In this document: positions 50,575-62,521 of the stretch, piece after piece
How positions within the stretch are numbered: the stretch's first letter is position 1
Layout: every line of letters begins with the position of its first letter
From: Candidatus Multivoradales bacterium
Lineage (GTDB): Bacteria; Acidobacteriota; Thermoanaerobaculia; Multivoradales; JAHEKO01
NCBI GenBank assembly: GCA_965223855.1
Contig: CBDCXM010000002.1
Span: 192,001-256,000, forward strand
Length of the DNA: 64,000 bases
Reading direction: 5' to 3'
Notes under the pieces: generated by a model
What the model saw: the letters and a program-made list of their open reading frames with translations, nothing else
The model's database searches: none
Told to the model about the DNA's origin: nothing
Translations under genes and position numbers: made by a program

Positions 50575-50816
50575 CTGGGAGAAGTCCAGCCCGCTCACTT
50601 TGGGAGGTTCCTGTTGCAAGGCCGAAGGCCCGCCCTCTCGGGCCGTCCTCGCTCCGTGGCGTCGGGTACCCACTCCTCCGAGGCTCGTTGCCGCGGTCGG
50701 CACGATCTGACGGGCACTCAGACCCTTCGCGACGAGACCGGGTGAAGTGTCCGGGCAGGAACGATTCCAACCGAACGCGCCATCCGGTACTCTCCCCGGG
50801 CGAACAAGGAGGCTCG

Positions 50817-51818
50817 ATGTCGGAAGAAAAGGTCTGGTACGCAGCAGTCGGAGGAGAACAGCAGGGGCCCTACACCCTGGACGAGCTCAAGAGCGCGGTC
50901 TCTGGCGGCTCGGTGCCCCGGGACGCTCATGTCTACGGTCCGGGGATGAGCGAGTGGGAGCCGATGTCCGGCCGACCCGAGTTCGGCGCCGTTGCGCCTC
51001 CGCCCGCCCCTCCGGGGCCGGTGGGCGCGCACGAGATCGACTACGAGGTCATCGGCGAGGAGATGCAGTTCGTGGAGATCACGCTCGACCCCAACGAGGC
51101 TTGTGTGGCGGAAGCGGGCTCCTTCATGTACATGGATCCGGGCATCGAGATGCAGACGATCTTCGGCGACGGCTCCGGCAAGGACGAAGAGGGCGGACTG
51201 CTCGGCAAGATGCTCGGTGGAGCGAAGCGCGTCCTGACCGGCGAGTCGCTCTTCATGACGCTCTTCGGCAACACCGGCAGCGGGCGTCAGAAGGTCGCTT
51301 TCGCGGCGCCCTATCCCGGCGGCATCATCCCGGTCGACCTCAAGAAGCTCGGGGGAGCGCTGCTGTGCCAGAAGCAGGCCTTCCTGTGTGCCGCCAAGGG
51401 GATCTCGGTCGGTATCGCCTTGCAGCGCAAGCTGGGAGCGGGTCTCTTCGGCGGGGAGGGATTCATCCTCCAGAAGCTCGAAGGGGACGGGCTCGCTTTC
51501 CTGCATGCCGGGGGCACGGTCGTTTCGCGAGAGCTGGCCGCAGGTGAGGTTCTGCGCCTCGATACCGGCTGTCTGGTCGCGTTCGACGCCGGCGTCGACT
51601 ACGACATCCAGAGTGTGCCGGGGATCAAGACGGCGCTCTTCGGCGGTGAGGGGCTGTTCTTCGCCCGCCTCACCGGCCCGGGCACGGTCTGGATCCAGTC
51701 GCTGCCCTTCAGCCGCCTCGCTTCGCGGGTCTACGCCGCCGCGCCGCAGACGGGCGGCAAGCGCACCGGTGAGGGTTCCGTGCTGGGTGGCCTCGGCGAC
51801 GTGCTGATGGGGGACTGA
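50817..51818 (+). CDS. TIGR00266/AIM24-family protein with N-terminal GYF_2 domain
   Basis: WY...G.Q.GP...L...G...V..PGM.EW (GYF_2). AEAG, GESLF, FGGEGF, GPG.V.IQSLP. AAGGAGG SD. Confidence 0.9.
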   Translation: MSEEKVWYAAVGGEQQGPYTLDELKSAVSGGSVPRDAHVYGPGMSEWEPMSGRPEFGAVAPPPAPPGPVGAHEIDYEVIGEEMQFVEITLDPNEACVAEAGSFMYMDPGIEMQTIFGDGSGKDEEGGLLGKMLGGAKRVLTGESLFMTLFGNTGSGRQKVAFAAPYPGGIIPVDLKKLGGALLCQKQAFLCAAKGISVGIALQRKLGAGLFGGEGFILQKLEGDGLAFLHAGGTVVSRELAAGEVLRLDTGCLVAFDAGVDYDIQSVPGIKTALFGGEGLFFARLTGPGTVWIQSLPFSRLASRVYAAAPQTGGKRTGEGSVLGGLGDVLMGD

Positions 51819-51822
51819 TCCG

Positions 51823-52347
51823 GTGACCTCGACAACCGGGCTTCGCCCCATTCCGTGGTCACTCGCCCGGTGCCTGGTCGGCGCCCTGTCGCTCGTCCTG
51901 CTGGTGGTGGGAGGAGCGGTCTCAGGACCTTCCGCCGATGCGGATGCCGGCTCCAGGAGCTGGACCGACATCGCATGGTTCGACGACTCCGACGGCTACC
52001 GCGCCGGCTCGCAGCAGGCCTCCGAGAGCGGCAAGGCGATGCTGGTCTACTTCTACACCGACTGGTGCGGCTACTGCCGACAGCTCAACAACACGCTGCT
52101 GAACACGGCCGAGGTGCAGACCGAGATGGAGGGTCTGGTCGCCGTTCGCATCAACCCGGACAACGGCGAAGAGGAACGCGCGATCGCCGCCAGTTACGGT
52201 GTGCGCGGGTATCCCTCTCTGATCGTCGAGACGGCGGCTGGAAGAAGGCCGCTACGCCGGACGGTCGGTGCCGAGGGCGGGGTCCGGCTGAAGACGCCGG
52301 AAGAGTTCGCGGCCACGTTGGCGGCCGTCCGCGAGAACGCGGGCTAG
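51823..52347 (+). CDS. Exported thioredoxin-family protein
   Basis: FYTDWCGYC, YGVRGYP, signal/TM segment. Confidence 0.85.
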   Translation: MTSTTGLRPIPWSLARCLVGALSLVLLVVGGAVSGPSADADAGSRSWTDIAWFDDSDGYRAGSQQASESGKAMLVYFYTDWCGYCRQLNNTLLNTAEVQTEMEGLVAVRINPDNGEEERAIAASYGVRGYPSLIVETAAGRRPLRRTVGAEGGVRLKTPEEFAATLAAVRENAG

Positions 52348-53477
52348 CGTTCCCAGCCGGCAACCAGCGGAATCCGGAACTCGCGGATACCGTCGGAGTC
52401 GACTTCGAGTGCGGGCAGGCTGGACTCCCGCCCGCCGGCGCCCTCGGAGCAGGGTCCGAGGAGCAGCCAGCGGTCGGGTGGCAGTTCAAAGATGTGCTCG
52501 ATCGGGAAGGCGGCGTTCGCTCCGCGCGGCAACTTCGCTTCGCTGCGCCAGGTGCCGTCGTCGCTGCGGCGGCTGAGCACTAACTCCGGGGTAGAGCGGT
52601 CGCGGTCGTCGAACCACAGCAGGGGGAAGCTCGACCAGGAGAGCGACAGCACGCTGTCGGTCCAGTAGTCGCGGCCCGCTTCCCACAGCGTCACCCCGCG
52701 ACGCTCGGTCGGCCACGGAGCCCAGCGCTCGCGACGCCAGGTGCCCCCCGCGTCGGTGGAGGTGAAGATCCGCGAGTCGGCGGTGAGGTAGAGGGCCGAG
52801 CCCGCGCGCTGATGGAGTTGCGCCCCGGAAGTGCTCGGCAGGGCGGGGAGTGCCGACAACCAGTACTCCGGGGGCTCGTCGGCGCGGAAGCGGCCGGTAC
52901 CGACGAGGATCGAGGAGCGCCCATCCCGATCGGGGCGGGCTGCCGGCGTGCCGACCGCCTGCACTCGAAGGTGTCCCTTCGGGTGCCAGACGCCGTCCTC
53001 GAGCCTCCAGGCGTCGACACTGACGACTTCGGCCACCTCCGTCGCGCGATGATTCGTCAGCCATGGTGCCCCCGATCGGTCCCGTGCGAAGTGGACCGAG
53101 CCGGCGGCCCCAACCTCGACCGCCGGGCCGAGTGGGCTCCAGCCGTCGCCCGTCCACGAGAGGGGCTGCAGGCAGGTCTCGCCGCAGCCGTGGGCGGCGA
53201 GGAACGGTCCGGGGCCCGTCGACCCTCCGACGCGAGACCCCTTGAGGGCGTCCGGATACAGGGTCGCACGAGGGGGAGAGGCCGCCACCCGCAACAGCCA
53301 CCCGCCGAGCTCGTCGCCGTCGGTGTCCATGGCGAACAGGAACTCGCTCTCGTTCGAATCGGTCGCGAGGAGGGTGAGAACACCGGAGTCCTCGCAGACT
53401 CCGGCCGACGCCACCCGCGAAGGGGTGAGGCACAGGGCGAAGGAGAGAAGCGGCAGGAGGCGGCTCAGTCGGGCCAT
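52344..53477 (-). CDS. Exported hypothetical protein (possible beta-propeller)
   Basis: Signal peptide and BNR-like motifs STDAGGTW and SDDGTW. Confidence 0.6.
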   Translation of the reverse strand: MARLSRLLPLLSFALCLTPSRVASAGVCEDSGVLTLLATDSNESEFLFAMDTDGDELGGWLLRVAASPPRATLYPDALKGSRVGGSTGPGPFLAAHGCGETCLQPLSWTGDGWSPLGPAVEVGAAGSVHFARDRSGAPWLTNHRATEVAEVVSVDAWRLEDGVWHPKGHLRVQAVGTPAARPDRDGRSSILVGTGRFRADEPPEYWLSALPALPSTSGAQLHQRAGSALYLTADSRIFTSTDAGGTWRRERWAPWPTERRGVTLWEAGRDYWTDSVLSLSWSSFPLLWFDDRDRSTPELVLSRRSDDGTWRSEAKLPRGANAAFPIEHIFELPPDRWLLLGPCSEGAGGRESSLPALEVDSDGIREFRIPLVAGWER

Positions 53478-53818
53478 TCGTCTCCGTAATCGAAGGTGAT
53501 CTCCTCGCCGGCTGCGATATCGCGCGCCGCGAAGAGCATGTAGCCGTCGAAGTAGGCGTTGGGGGTCTTGGAGTGGTTGAGGAACTTGAGTGGTGGATCT
53601 CCGTCCCGCGCACTCCAGTGGTCGCCCTCATCGACCCAGAGGACGTGGGTGCCGTCGACGTCCGTCTCCCTCCCGGTGTACTCGCCGATCCGCGAGTCGG
53701 CGGCGATCCCGTTGCGGGCAAAGACCCCCCGGCCGTGCAGCGGAGAGGGGCGAACGTCGACCTCGCCGGGGACTGTCTCGGCGCCGGCTCGGCTGCGCGC
53801 AGAGGGTGATCGGGTCAT
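53465..53818 (-). CDS. SET-domain protein
   Basis: SPLHGRGVFA, EYTG, FLNHSKTPN, AARDIAAGEEITFDY. Confidence 0.9.
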   Translation of the reverse strand: MTRSPSARSRAGAETVPGEVDVRPSPLHGRGVFARNGIAADSRIGEYTGRETDVDGTHVLWVDEGDHWSARDGDPPLKFLNHSKTPNAYFDGYMLFAARDIAAGEEITFDYGDEWPD

Positions 53819-53884
53819 GAGCCGATCGTATCGGGTCGCCGCGGATCGGGCACGGCTCACCCGGGCGAGCCCCGGGGGGAGACG

Positions 53885-53913
53885 AAAACGGCCCCGCCGG
53901 AGAGGCGGGGCCG
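53885..53913 (-). terminator. Intrinsic terminator after hsp20
   Basis: GGCCCCGCC/GGCGGGGCC stem followed by GTTTT on the minus strand. Confidence 0.75.
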
Positions 53914-53937
53914 GAAGGAAGAACGCTCGTCGGGGCG

Positions 53938-54390
53938 TCAGCCGATCTCGAGACGCCGCGGCTTGGCCTCGGCGGTCTTGGGAACCGCGATCTCGAGCAC
54001 GCCGTTGTCGAACCGCGCGGTCGCCTGCGCGGAGTCGACGTTCGACGGCAGGTGGAAGGTGCGGCTGAACGAGCCGTGTGCGCGCTCGATCCGATGGTAG
54101 TGGGTGGACTCCTCGTCGCGCTCGAACTTGCGCTCGCCGCGCAGGCTGAGGCTGTTGTCCTCGAGAGTGATCTCGACGTCGTCCTTCGTCATGCCCGGCA
54201 TTTCGACGAGGAAGCGGAGCGCCTCGTCGTCCTCGGAGATGTCGACGGCCGGCGCCCACGCCTCGCCGCCGGCCTGGAAGGCGGACTGAGCGGGGGCGAG
54301 GAAGTCGTTGAAGGCGTCGTCCACCAGGCGGCTCATGCGTGAGCGGATGAGGTCACCGGTGGGATTCCAGCGGATGAGAGAACGGGTCAT
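53938..54390 (-). CDS. Small heat-shock protein Hsp20
   Basis: PAVDISE, EMPG, ER..GSFSR.F.LP, A.F.NGVL.I..PK. AAGGAGG SD. Confidence 0.95.
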   Translation of the reverse strand: MTRSLIRWNPTGDLIRSRMSRLVDDAFNDFLAPAQSAFQAGGEAWAPAVDISEDDEALRFLVEMPGMTKDDVEITLEDNSLSLRGERKFERDEESTHYHRIERAHGSFSRTFHLPSNVDSAQATARFDNGVLEIAVPKTAEAKPRRLEIG

Positions 54391-54579
54391 GGGTTCCTCC
54401 TTGTGTTGAGTGGGTTGTTTCTCGGCATCGCCTCTTCGGCGACGTCTGGAATATGATGTTATAACGCGCAGATTTTGTCAAGGGGGTTGAACCTGCGTCT
54501 TCGAATGTCAGATTCTATCGAGCCTGGTCCTCCTTCTCGACGGCGGCGAATCGAGCAAACTGCTAGAGTGCAAGTCCCG

Positions 54580-55434
54580 ATGACGGAGTCGAAGGGCTTT
54601 CTGGACCGGGAGATCGCGCGGCGCTTCGCCGACCGGATCTCCGAGTCGCTGGCGAGGGAGCCGGTGCATCTGCAGCCGGGCGCCCATCGCGAGCGCCTCA
54701 AGGCGCTGATGGAGAGCCTCGGCGATCTGACGTTCTACGAGCTGCTCGGAGTGCAGCCGGGTGCCGCCGAGGACGAGATCCACCGCGCCTACAGCGACCT
54801 TGCCCGCGTGGTGCATCCGAGTCACGCCTCGAAGCTGGGCATGACCGGTAGCAAGGCGGCGCTCGAACTCCTGTTCGAGCGGGCTACGGAGGCCTATCTG
54901 ACGCTCAACGATCCCGACCGGAGCCGGGTCTACCAGATGGCCACCGGCCACAAACCCGGACAGTCGATCCGTCCCAGCGCCGAGCAGCGCAGGGAGGAGC
55001 AGAAGAACCAGGGCGAGCGCTTCTTCAAGGTCGGCCGGCAGCTCGTTGCGGAGGCGCGCTACTACGACGCCGTGCAGACTCTCGAGCAGGCGGTGAAACT
55101 CGACCCGAAACCGGAGTACTACGGCCTCCTGGGGGAGTGTCTTTCGCACAATCCCAACTGGCTGACGCGGTCGGTCAAGGCCTACCAGTCGGCGGTCGAG
55201 CTCTCGCCGCACGACGCGGAGCTCAGAGCGGCCTACGGGCTGGTCCTCGAGCGGGCGGGCAATCCCGCCGGTGCGAAGGAACAGCTCAACTTCGCCCTCT
55301 CTCTCGATCCCGACACGCCCGACGCCGAGGCGGCGCTGGAGCGGTTCCGGGCTCAGGAGCGCGAAGCGCAGCGGGCGGCGAGCCCATGGTTCCGGATCAA
55401 GGAGTTCTTCACCCGGCCTTTGAGCAAGTCCTGA
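54580..55434 (+). CDS. J-domain-like plus TPR protein
   Basis: FYELLGV...EI.RAY..LA...HPS...F....EAY.TL.DP..R..Y followed by TPRs. Confidence 0.8.
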   Translation: MTESKGFLDREIARRFADRISESLAREPVHLQPGAHRERLKALMESLGDLTFYELLGVQPGAAEDEIHRAYSDLARVVHPSHASKLGMTGSKAALELLFERATEAYLTLNDPDRSRVYQMATGHKPGQSIRPSAEQRREEQKNQGERFFKVGRQLVAEARYYDAVQTLEQAVKLDPKPEYYGLLGECLSHNPNWLTRSVKAYQSAVELSPHDAELRAAYGLVLERAGNPAGAKEQLNFALSLDPDTPDAEAALERFRAQEREAQRAASPWFRIKEFFTRPLSKS

Positions 55435-55445
55435 TCCGCCGGGGT

Positions 55446-55454
55446 TGGTACAAT
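55446..55454 (+). promoter_or_regulatory. Extended -10 promoter of rnpB
   Basis: TGGTACAAT about 9 nt upstream of the RNA 5' end. Confidence 0.65.
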
Positions 55455-55463
55455 CCGTCGGGT

Positions 55464-55860
<397 letters not shown>

Positions 55861-55863
55861 CGT

Positions 55864-56817
55864 TTGACTCTCTCTCCGTCTCTTCCGCCTCCGCTGGTGC
55901 CCGGCAGCAAGGTCGGAATCGCGGCGCTGTCCGGCGCCGTGGAGCCGGGGAGACTCGATCGCGGTCTCGAGCGGCTGCGGTCGCTCGGCTACCGCCCGAT
56001 TCCGGCGACGAATCTAGGGCTGATCGACGGTCTGTTCGCGGGCAGCGAGGAGGAGAGGCTCGACGGCTTCTTCCGCCTCGTCGATGACGAAGACATCTCC
56101 GCCATCCTGTTCGCGCGGGGTGGCCACGGCCTGCTCCCCCTGTTGCCCCGCATCGACTGGGAGCGGCTCGGCCGGCGCGCCCGCTGGTACATCGGCTATT
56201 CGGACGTCACTCCGTTGCTCAACGAGGTCGTGCGGCGCCTCGGATGGGTCACGCTTCACGGTCCCATGGCGGCGGTGGAGTTCGCCGACGACGGCCCGTT
56301 CGACGAGGAGTGGTCCTCCCTGGGTGGGATCCTCGAGCGGGGTGAGGCGCCGGTGCTGGCAGCGGAAGGGATGGAGGGCTCCTGGTCCGAGGTCGAGGCG
56401 CCGCTCTCCGGCGGCTGTCTCAGCCTGCTGGCGGCGACCCAGGGGACCGAATGGGCGTTCCGCGCGGCCGGGACCGTGTTGTTCCTCGAGGATGTCGACG
56501 AGCCGCTCTACCGCATTGATCGCATGTTGCAGCAACTCCGTCTCGCCGGCGCGCTCGAGGGTGTCGCCGGGGTACTCGTCGGCGACCTGAAGGCCGCCGA
56601 CCTGGAGAGTGCCGGCCGGGAGGGCTCAGACCTGCCCGAGTCGCCTAGGACCACGGTGCTCGACCGTCTGCGGGAAGCGCTCGGTCCCGGGGTGCCGATC
56701 GCCTGGGGGTGTTCCAGCGGCCATTGCAGGCCCAATCTGACGGTTCCGCTCGGTGCGACCGTTCGGGCGGCAGCCGGAGGGTCGACCCTCGAACTGGCGC
56801 TGCCGGATCTGGCATGA
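55864..56817 (+). CDS. LD-carboxypeptidase (S66 family)
   Basis: ARGG.G, IGYSDVT, HGP, GGCL, FLEDVDE, GH. Confidence 0.92.
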   Translation: MTLSPSLPPPLVPGSKVGIAALSGAVEPGRLDRGLERLRSLGYRPIPATNLGLIDGLFAGSEEERLDGFFRLVDDEDISAILFARGGHGLLPLLPRIDWERLGRRARWYIGYSDVTPLLNEVVRRLGWVTLHGPMAAVEFADDGPFDEEWSSLGGILERGEAPVLAAEGMEGSWSEVEAPLSGGCLSLLAATQGTEWAFRAAGTVLFLEDVDEPLYRIDRMLQQLRLAGALEGVAGVLVGDLKAADLESAGREGSDLPESPRTTVLDRLREALGPGVPIAWGCSSGHCRPNLTVPLGATVRAAAGGSTLELALPDLA

Positions 56818-56898
56818 TCCGTGCTCCCCAACTGCGGAGACGAGCGAGGCCGGCCGGGTGATTGGTGGCCATTTCGGCCTGCTAGGGTCAGCGACGGA

Positions 56899-57675
56899 AT
56901 GAGCGAGGGACACAAGAGAGCGAGCTCGGCGTCCGAAGACGCGGTCAGGCGCTACGCGAGGGGCGAGGTCGTCTTCAGCGAGGGAGACCTCGGTACCGAG
57001 ATGTACGTCATCCACGAGGGCCAGGTCGAGATCCTGCGCACGGTGGCCGACGAGCGGCGCCAGATGGCCGTTCTCGAGAAGGGTGACTTCTTCGGCGAGA
57101 TGTCGCTGCTCGAGGAGCTGCCTCGCTCGGCAACGGCGCGTGCACTGGTCGACACGACCCTGATCGAGATCAACGGTGCGCTCTTCGATCGCATGCTGCG
57201 GCGCAACCCGGAGATCGGCGTCAGGATCATGCGCAAGCTGTCGAAGCGGGTACGGGAAGCCGACGAGTACTTCGGCCAGGTCGACTTCGAGGCGGCCGAT
57301 CCGCTGCAGGTGACGACGAGTGTCGGCTCGGATGCCTTTTTCTGTCGCCTCCGCCACGCCACGTCCGGCGTCGAGTACCAGCTCAACCTCGCCAATCCGG
57401 CGACCGTGGGTCGCATCGATCCCGTGACCGGCATTCAACCCGACCTCGATCTCAGTGCCCTCGATACCGAGCGATCGAGCAGCCGGCGCCACGCGAAGCT
57501 GCTGCTCGACGAGGGTGAGGTCTACGTCACCGAGGAGATCGGCACGCTGAACGGAACCTTCGTCAACGGCCGCCGGCTGCGGACCGCCGTGCCTGAAGAG
57601 GTGGTGGACGGTGACAAGGTCCGCTTCGGTCTCGTCGAGTTCGTCTTCGCGCTCGGTGCTCGAGAGGCCGACTGA
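56899..57675 (+). CDS. cNMP-binding domain plus FHA domain protein
   Basis: VF.EGD.G..MYVI..G.V...GDFFGEMSLL...PRSATA. FHA: GR.D...SRRHA...NGTFVNG. Confidence 0.88.
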   Translation: MSEGHKRASSASEDAVRRYARGEVVFSEGDLGTEMYVIHEGQVEILRTVADERRQMAVLEKGDFFGEMSLLEELPRSATARALVDTTLIEINGALFDRMLRRNPEIGVRIMRKLSKRVREADEYFGQVDFEAADPLQVTTSVGSDAFFCRLRHATSGVEYQLNLANPATVGRIDPVTGIQPDLDLSALDTERSSSRRHAKLLLDEGEVYVTEEIGTLNGTFVNGRRLRTAVPEEVVDGDKVRFGLVEFVFALGAREAD

Positions 57676-57734
57676 GTCGCCGCACGCTGTCGAGAGCCCC
57701 GGGCCGGAACCCGCCGACTCCCGGGGTCGTCCCC

Positions 57735-59803
<2,069 letters not shown>

Positions 59804-59807
<4 letters not shown>

Positions 59808-60997
59808 GCGGCTCGAGGAACGGCGGGCTGCGGGTGCTCCTCGTGGCCAACACCCTGCCCCCGGACGACCTTTCGGGGGTGGGGGAGCAGGTGATGCAGC
59901 TCGCCCGCGGGCTCCGGGAGGCGGGGCACGAGGTCGAGATCCTCGGGCGGGGGCCTCGGGGAGCGCGCGGCTCGAAGCTGCTCTTCCCGTTCACGTTGCT
60001 GCCCGCTTTCCTGCGGGCCCGCCGACGCTTCCGTCCGCACGTCGTCCAGGTGCACGAATCCGACGGCGCCGCGGCAGCCTTTGCGACCTCCGCCTTCCGG
60101 CAACTTTGGCAGCCGATCCCGGTACTGATCGCGTTGCTGCAAGTGAGCTACGTCGAGGAGATGCGTGCCGTGCGGCCGCTGAGGGATGGCAAGCGGGTGC
60201 TGGGACGCCCGGGCGGCGTGGAGCGCCGCTTCCTCTGGACCAAGGCGCCTCTGCAGGTCCTCCTCGGATGGCTCACCGGCTGGTGCGCCGATTGCGTGCT
60301 GACGCCGAGTGTCCGGACCGGCGAGGAGATCCGTCGCGACTACGGTGTGACGGCGACTTCGGTCCTGCCGAACGTCAAGGCCCGGATCGGCGAGAGATCC
60401 CCGCGCGACGAGGACGACGGCACCTTCCTGTTCGTCGGCAGGCTGCGGATCCGCAAGGGTGTCGAAGTGCTGTTCGATGCCCTGAGGCGACTGCGGAGAG
60501 GCGATTCGAACCCGCGACTCACGATCGTCGGCGACGGTGAGCATCGCGCTGCGCTCGAGGCGACTGCGAGGTCGATGGGGGTGGAGAGATGCGTCGACTT
60601 CCATGGGAGGGCGGATGCCGACGAAGTCCGCGCCATGATGCGCGGAGCCCGCGCCCTGGTCGTGCCGTCGACCTACGAGGGGATGCCGCTCGTGGTTCTC
60701 GAGGCGATGGAAGAGGGACTGCCGGTGATCGCCAGTGCGGTCAGTGGTATCCCGGAAGTGGTCTCGGATAGAGTCACCGGCTGGCTGGTGCCGCCGGAGG
60801 ACCCGACGGCGCTCGCGACGGCTCTGGAAGAGGCGTGGAGGGACGGAGCCGAGGCGCGGCGGCGCGGTGCGGCCGGACGCCGCCGCCTCGACGAGTGCTA
60901 CCGTCCGCGTCACGCCGTCGAGGCCTGGCAACGACGAATCGAAGCGTTGCCGGCGAGCCACCGACCAGCCGAGACCGAAGGAGACAGTGACCGATGA
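59804..60997 (+). CDS. Glycosyltransferase family 4
   Basis: FVGRL..RKG, PS.YEGMP.V.LEAM..G.PVIAS.V.G..E. Confidence 0.9.
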
Positions 60998-61497
60998 TGG
61001 GCCGTTCGTTGTTGATCGTGGGCGCGCTGGCGACCGTCGGGTTGCTGGTGACGGCGGTGCTCGGCTACCAGTTGGCGGAGCCGTTCGACATCGGCAGCGT
61101 GTCGAATCACCTGATCGCGGCGGTGATCACCTCACTGCTGCTGCTGTTCTCGCACTGTTGGATCCTCTTCTACCTGATCGGGACGGGGAAGGCGTTGAAG
61201 GACGCGGTGGCGGAGCACGGCCTCGAGTCGGAGATCGTCGAGCGGACGAAGGACTTCAAGCGCCGCTCGAGCGGACTGCTCACGCTGGCGATGCTGCTGG
61301 CGATGGCGACCTTCGTCGTCGGGGGCGGCGTCGCGACGGCGGCGATCGAGTCGTGGGTCCATCACACGCTCTTCCTTCTTGCCGCGGCCGTGCAGGTCTG
61401 GGCGTTGTGGGTCGAGGCTCAGGTGCTGACCGAGAACGAGCGATTGCTGCGCAGCGTCGACTCGCGCCTCAAGCGCCGCGCCGGCGAGGAGGGTTGA
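60994..61497 (+). CDS. 4-TM membrane protein with His residues in or near its helices
   Basis: Hydrophobic helices with NHL, SHC..LFYLIGTG, VHH. Overlaps the GT4 stop. Confidence 0.7.
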   Translation: MMGRSLLIVGALATVGLLVTAVLGYQLAEPFDIGSVSNHLIAAVITSLLLLFSHCWILFYLIGTGKALKDAVAEHGLESEIVERTKDFKRRSSGLLTLAMLLAMATFVVGGGVATAAIESWVHHTLFLLAAAVQVWALWVEAQVLTENERLLRSVDSRLKRRAGEEG

Positions 61498-61501
61498 CGT
61501 C

Positions 61502-62521
61502 ATGGGGGAGCGCAGGACGGTCGTCTCCGGGATGCGGGCCACCGGCCCGATGCATCTCGGCAACTACTTCGGCGCAGTCAGGAACTGGGTCGAGCTTCAG
61601 GACAGCTACGACTGCCACTACTTCGTCGCCGACTGGCACGCGCTGACGACCGACTATGCCGATCCGTCGGAGGTGACCGCCAACTCGCTCGAGGTGATCG
61701 CCGACGGCATCGCCGCCGGGCTCGACCCGGAGCGCTCCGTCCTCTTCCTCCAGTCGGCCGTTCCGGCGCACGCCGAGCTCCATCTGCTGTTCTCGATGAT
61801 GACTCCGCTGGGATGGTTGGAGCGTGTTCCGACCTACAAGGACCAGATCCGGCAGCTCGAGAAGAAGGATCTGACCACGCACGGGTTCCTCGGCTATCCG
61901 GTGCTCCAGGCGGCGGACATCCTGATCTATCGCGGAGAGTACGTGCCGGTCGGCGAGGACCAGGCGAGCCATCTCGAGCTGACCCGGGAGATCGCCCGCC
62001 GGTTCAACCACTTCTACGGCGACACCCTGCCGGAGCCGAAGGCGCTCTTCACTCCCACCGCCAAGGTGCCCGGCATCGACGGCCGCAAGATGTCGAAGTC
62101 GTACGGCAACGGGATCTATCTCGGCGACTCGCCCGACGAGATCCGGAGGAAGTGCAAGAGCATGTTCACCGACCCGACGCGGTTGCGCCGGGACGACCCG
62201 GGCCATCCCGAGACCTGCAACCTCTACCAGTTCCACGAGCTGCTGTCGCCGCCGGAGGTTCAGGAGCGGGTCGCTCGCGAGTGCCGGCTGGCGCAGATCG
62301 GCTGCGTCGACGACAAGGGGCTGATCGCCGACCAGATCATCGCCTTCCTCGAGCCGTTCCGGACGAAGCGCGAGGAGCTGATCGCCGACAAGGGAGAGTT
62401 GCTGCGGATCCTCGAGGAGGGCTCCGCCCGCGCGGCAGAGATCGCCGGCGAGACGATGGACGCCGTTCGCGGCGCCATGAAGCTCGACTACCGTGCTCTC
62501 GCCGGGGGTGGCTCCGCTTGA
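61502..62521 (+). CDS. trpS: Tryptophanyl-tRNA synthetase
   Basis: HLGN, ADWHA, GYPVLQAADI, VPVGEDQ, KMSKS. Confidence 0.97.
   Translation: MGERRTVVSGMRATGPMHLGNYFGAVRNWVELQDSYDCHYFVADWHALTTDYADPSEVTANSLEVIADGIAAGLDPERSVLFLQSAVPAHAELHLLFSMMTPLGWLERVPTYKDQIRQLEKKDLTTHGFLGYPVLQAADILIYRGEYVPVGEDQASHLELTREIARRFNHFYGDTLPEPKALFTPTAKVPGIDGRKMSKSYGNGIYLGDSPDEIRRKCKSMFTDPTRLRRDDPGHPETCNLYQFHELLSPPEVQERVARECRLAQIGCVDDKGLIADQIIAFLEPFRTKREELIADKGELLRILEEGSARAAEIAGETMDAVRGAMKLDYRALAGGGSA

Noticed and set aside
50599-50770. Another possible long fold-back (TTGGGAGGTTCCTGT / GCAGGAACGATTCCAA)
   Set aside because: Pairing is short and interrupted, and cannot be distinguished from chance at this GC content without computation.
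54451-54482. HspR (HAIR) or CIRCE operator upstream of hsp20
   Set aside because: A TTGACA is present, but the inverted repeat matches only about half of the HAIR consensus and there is no CIRCE.
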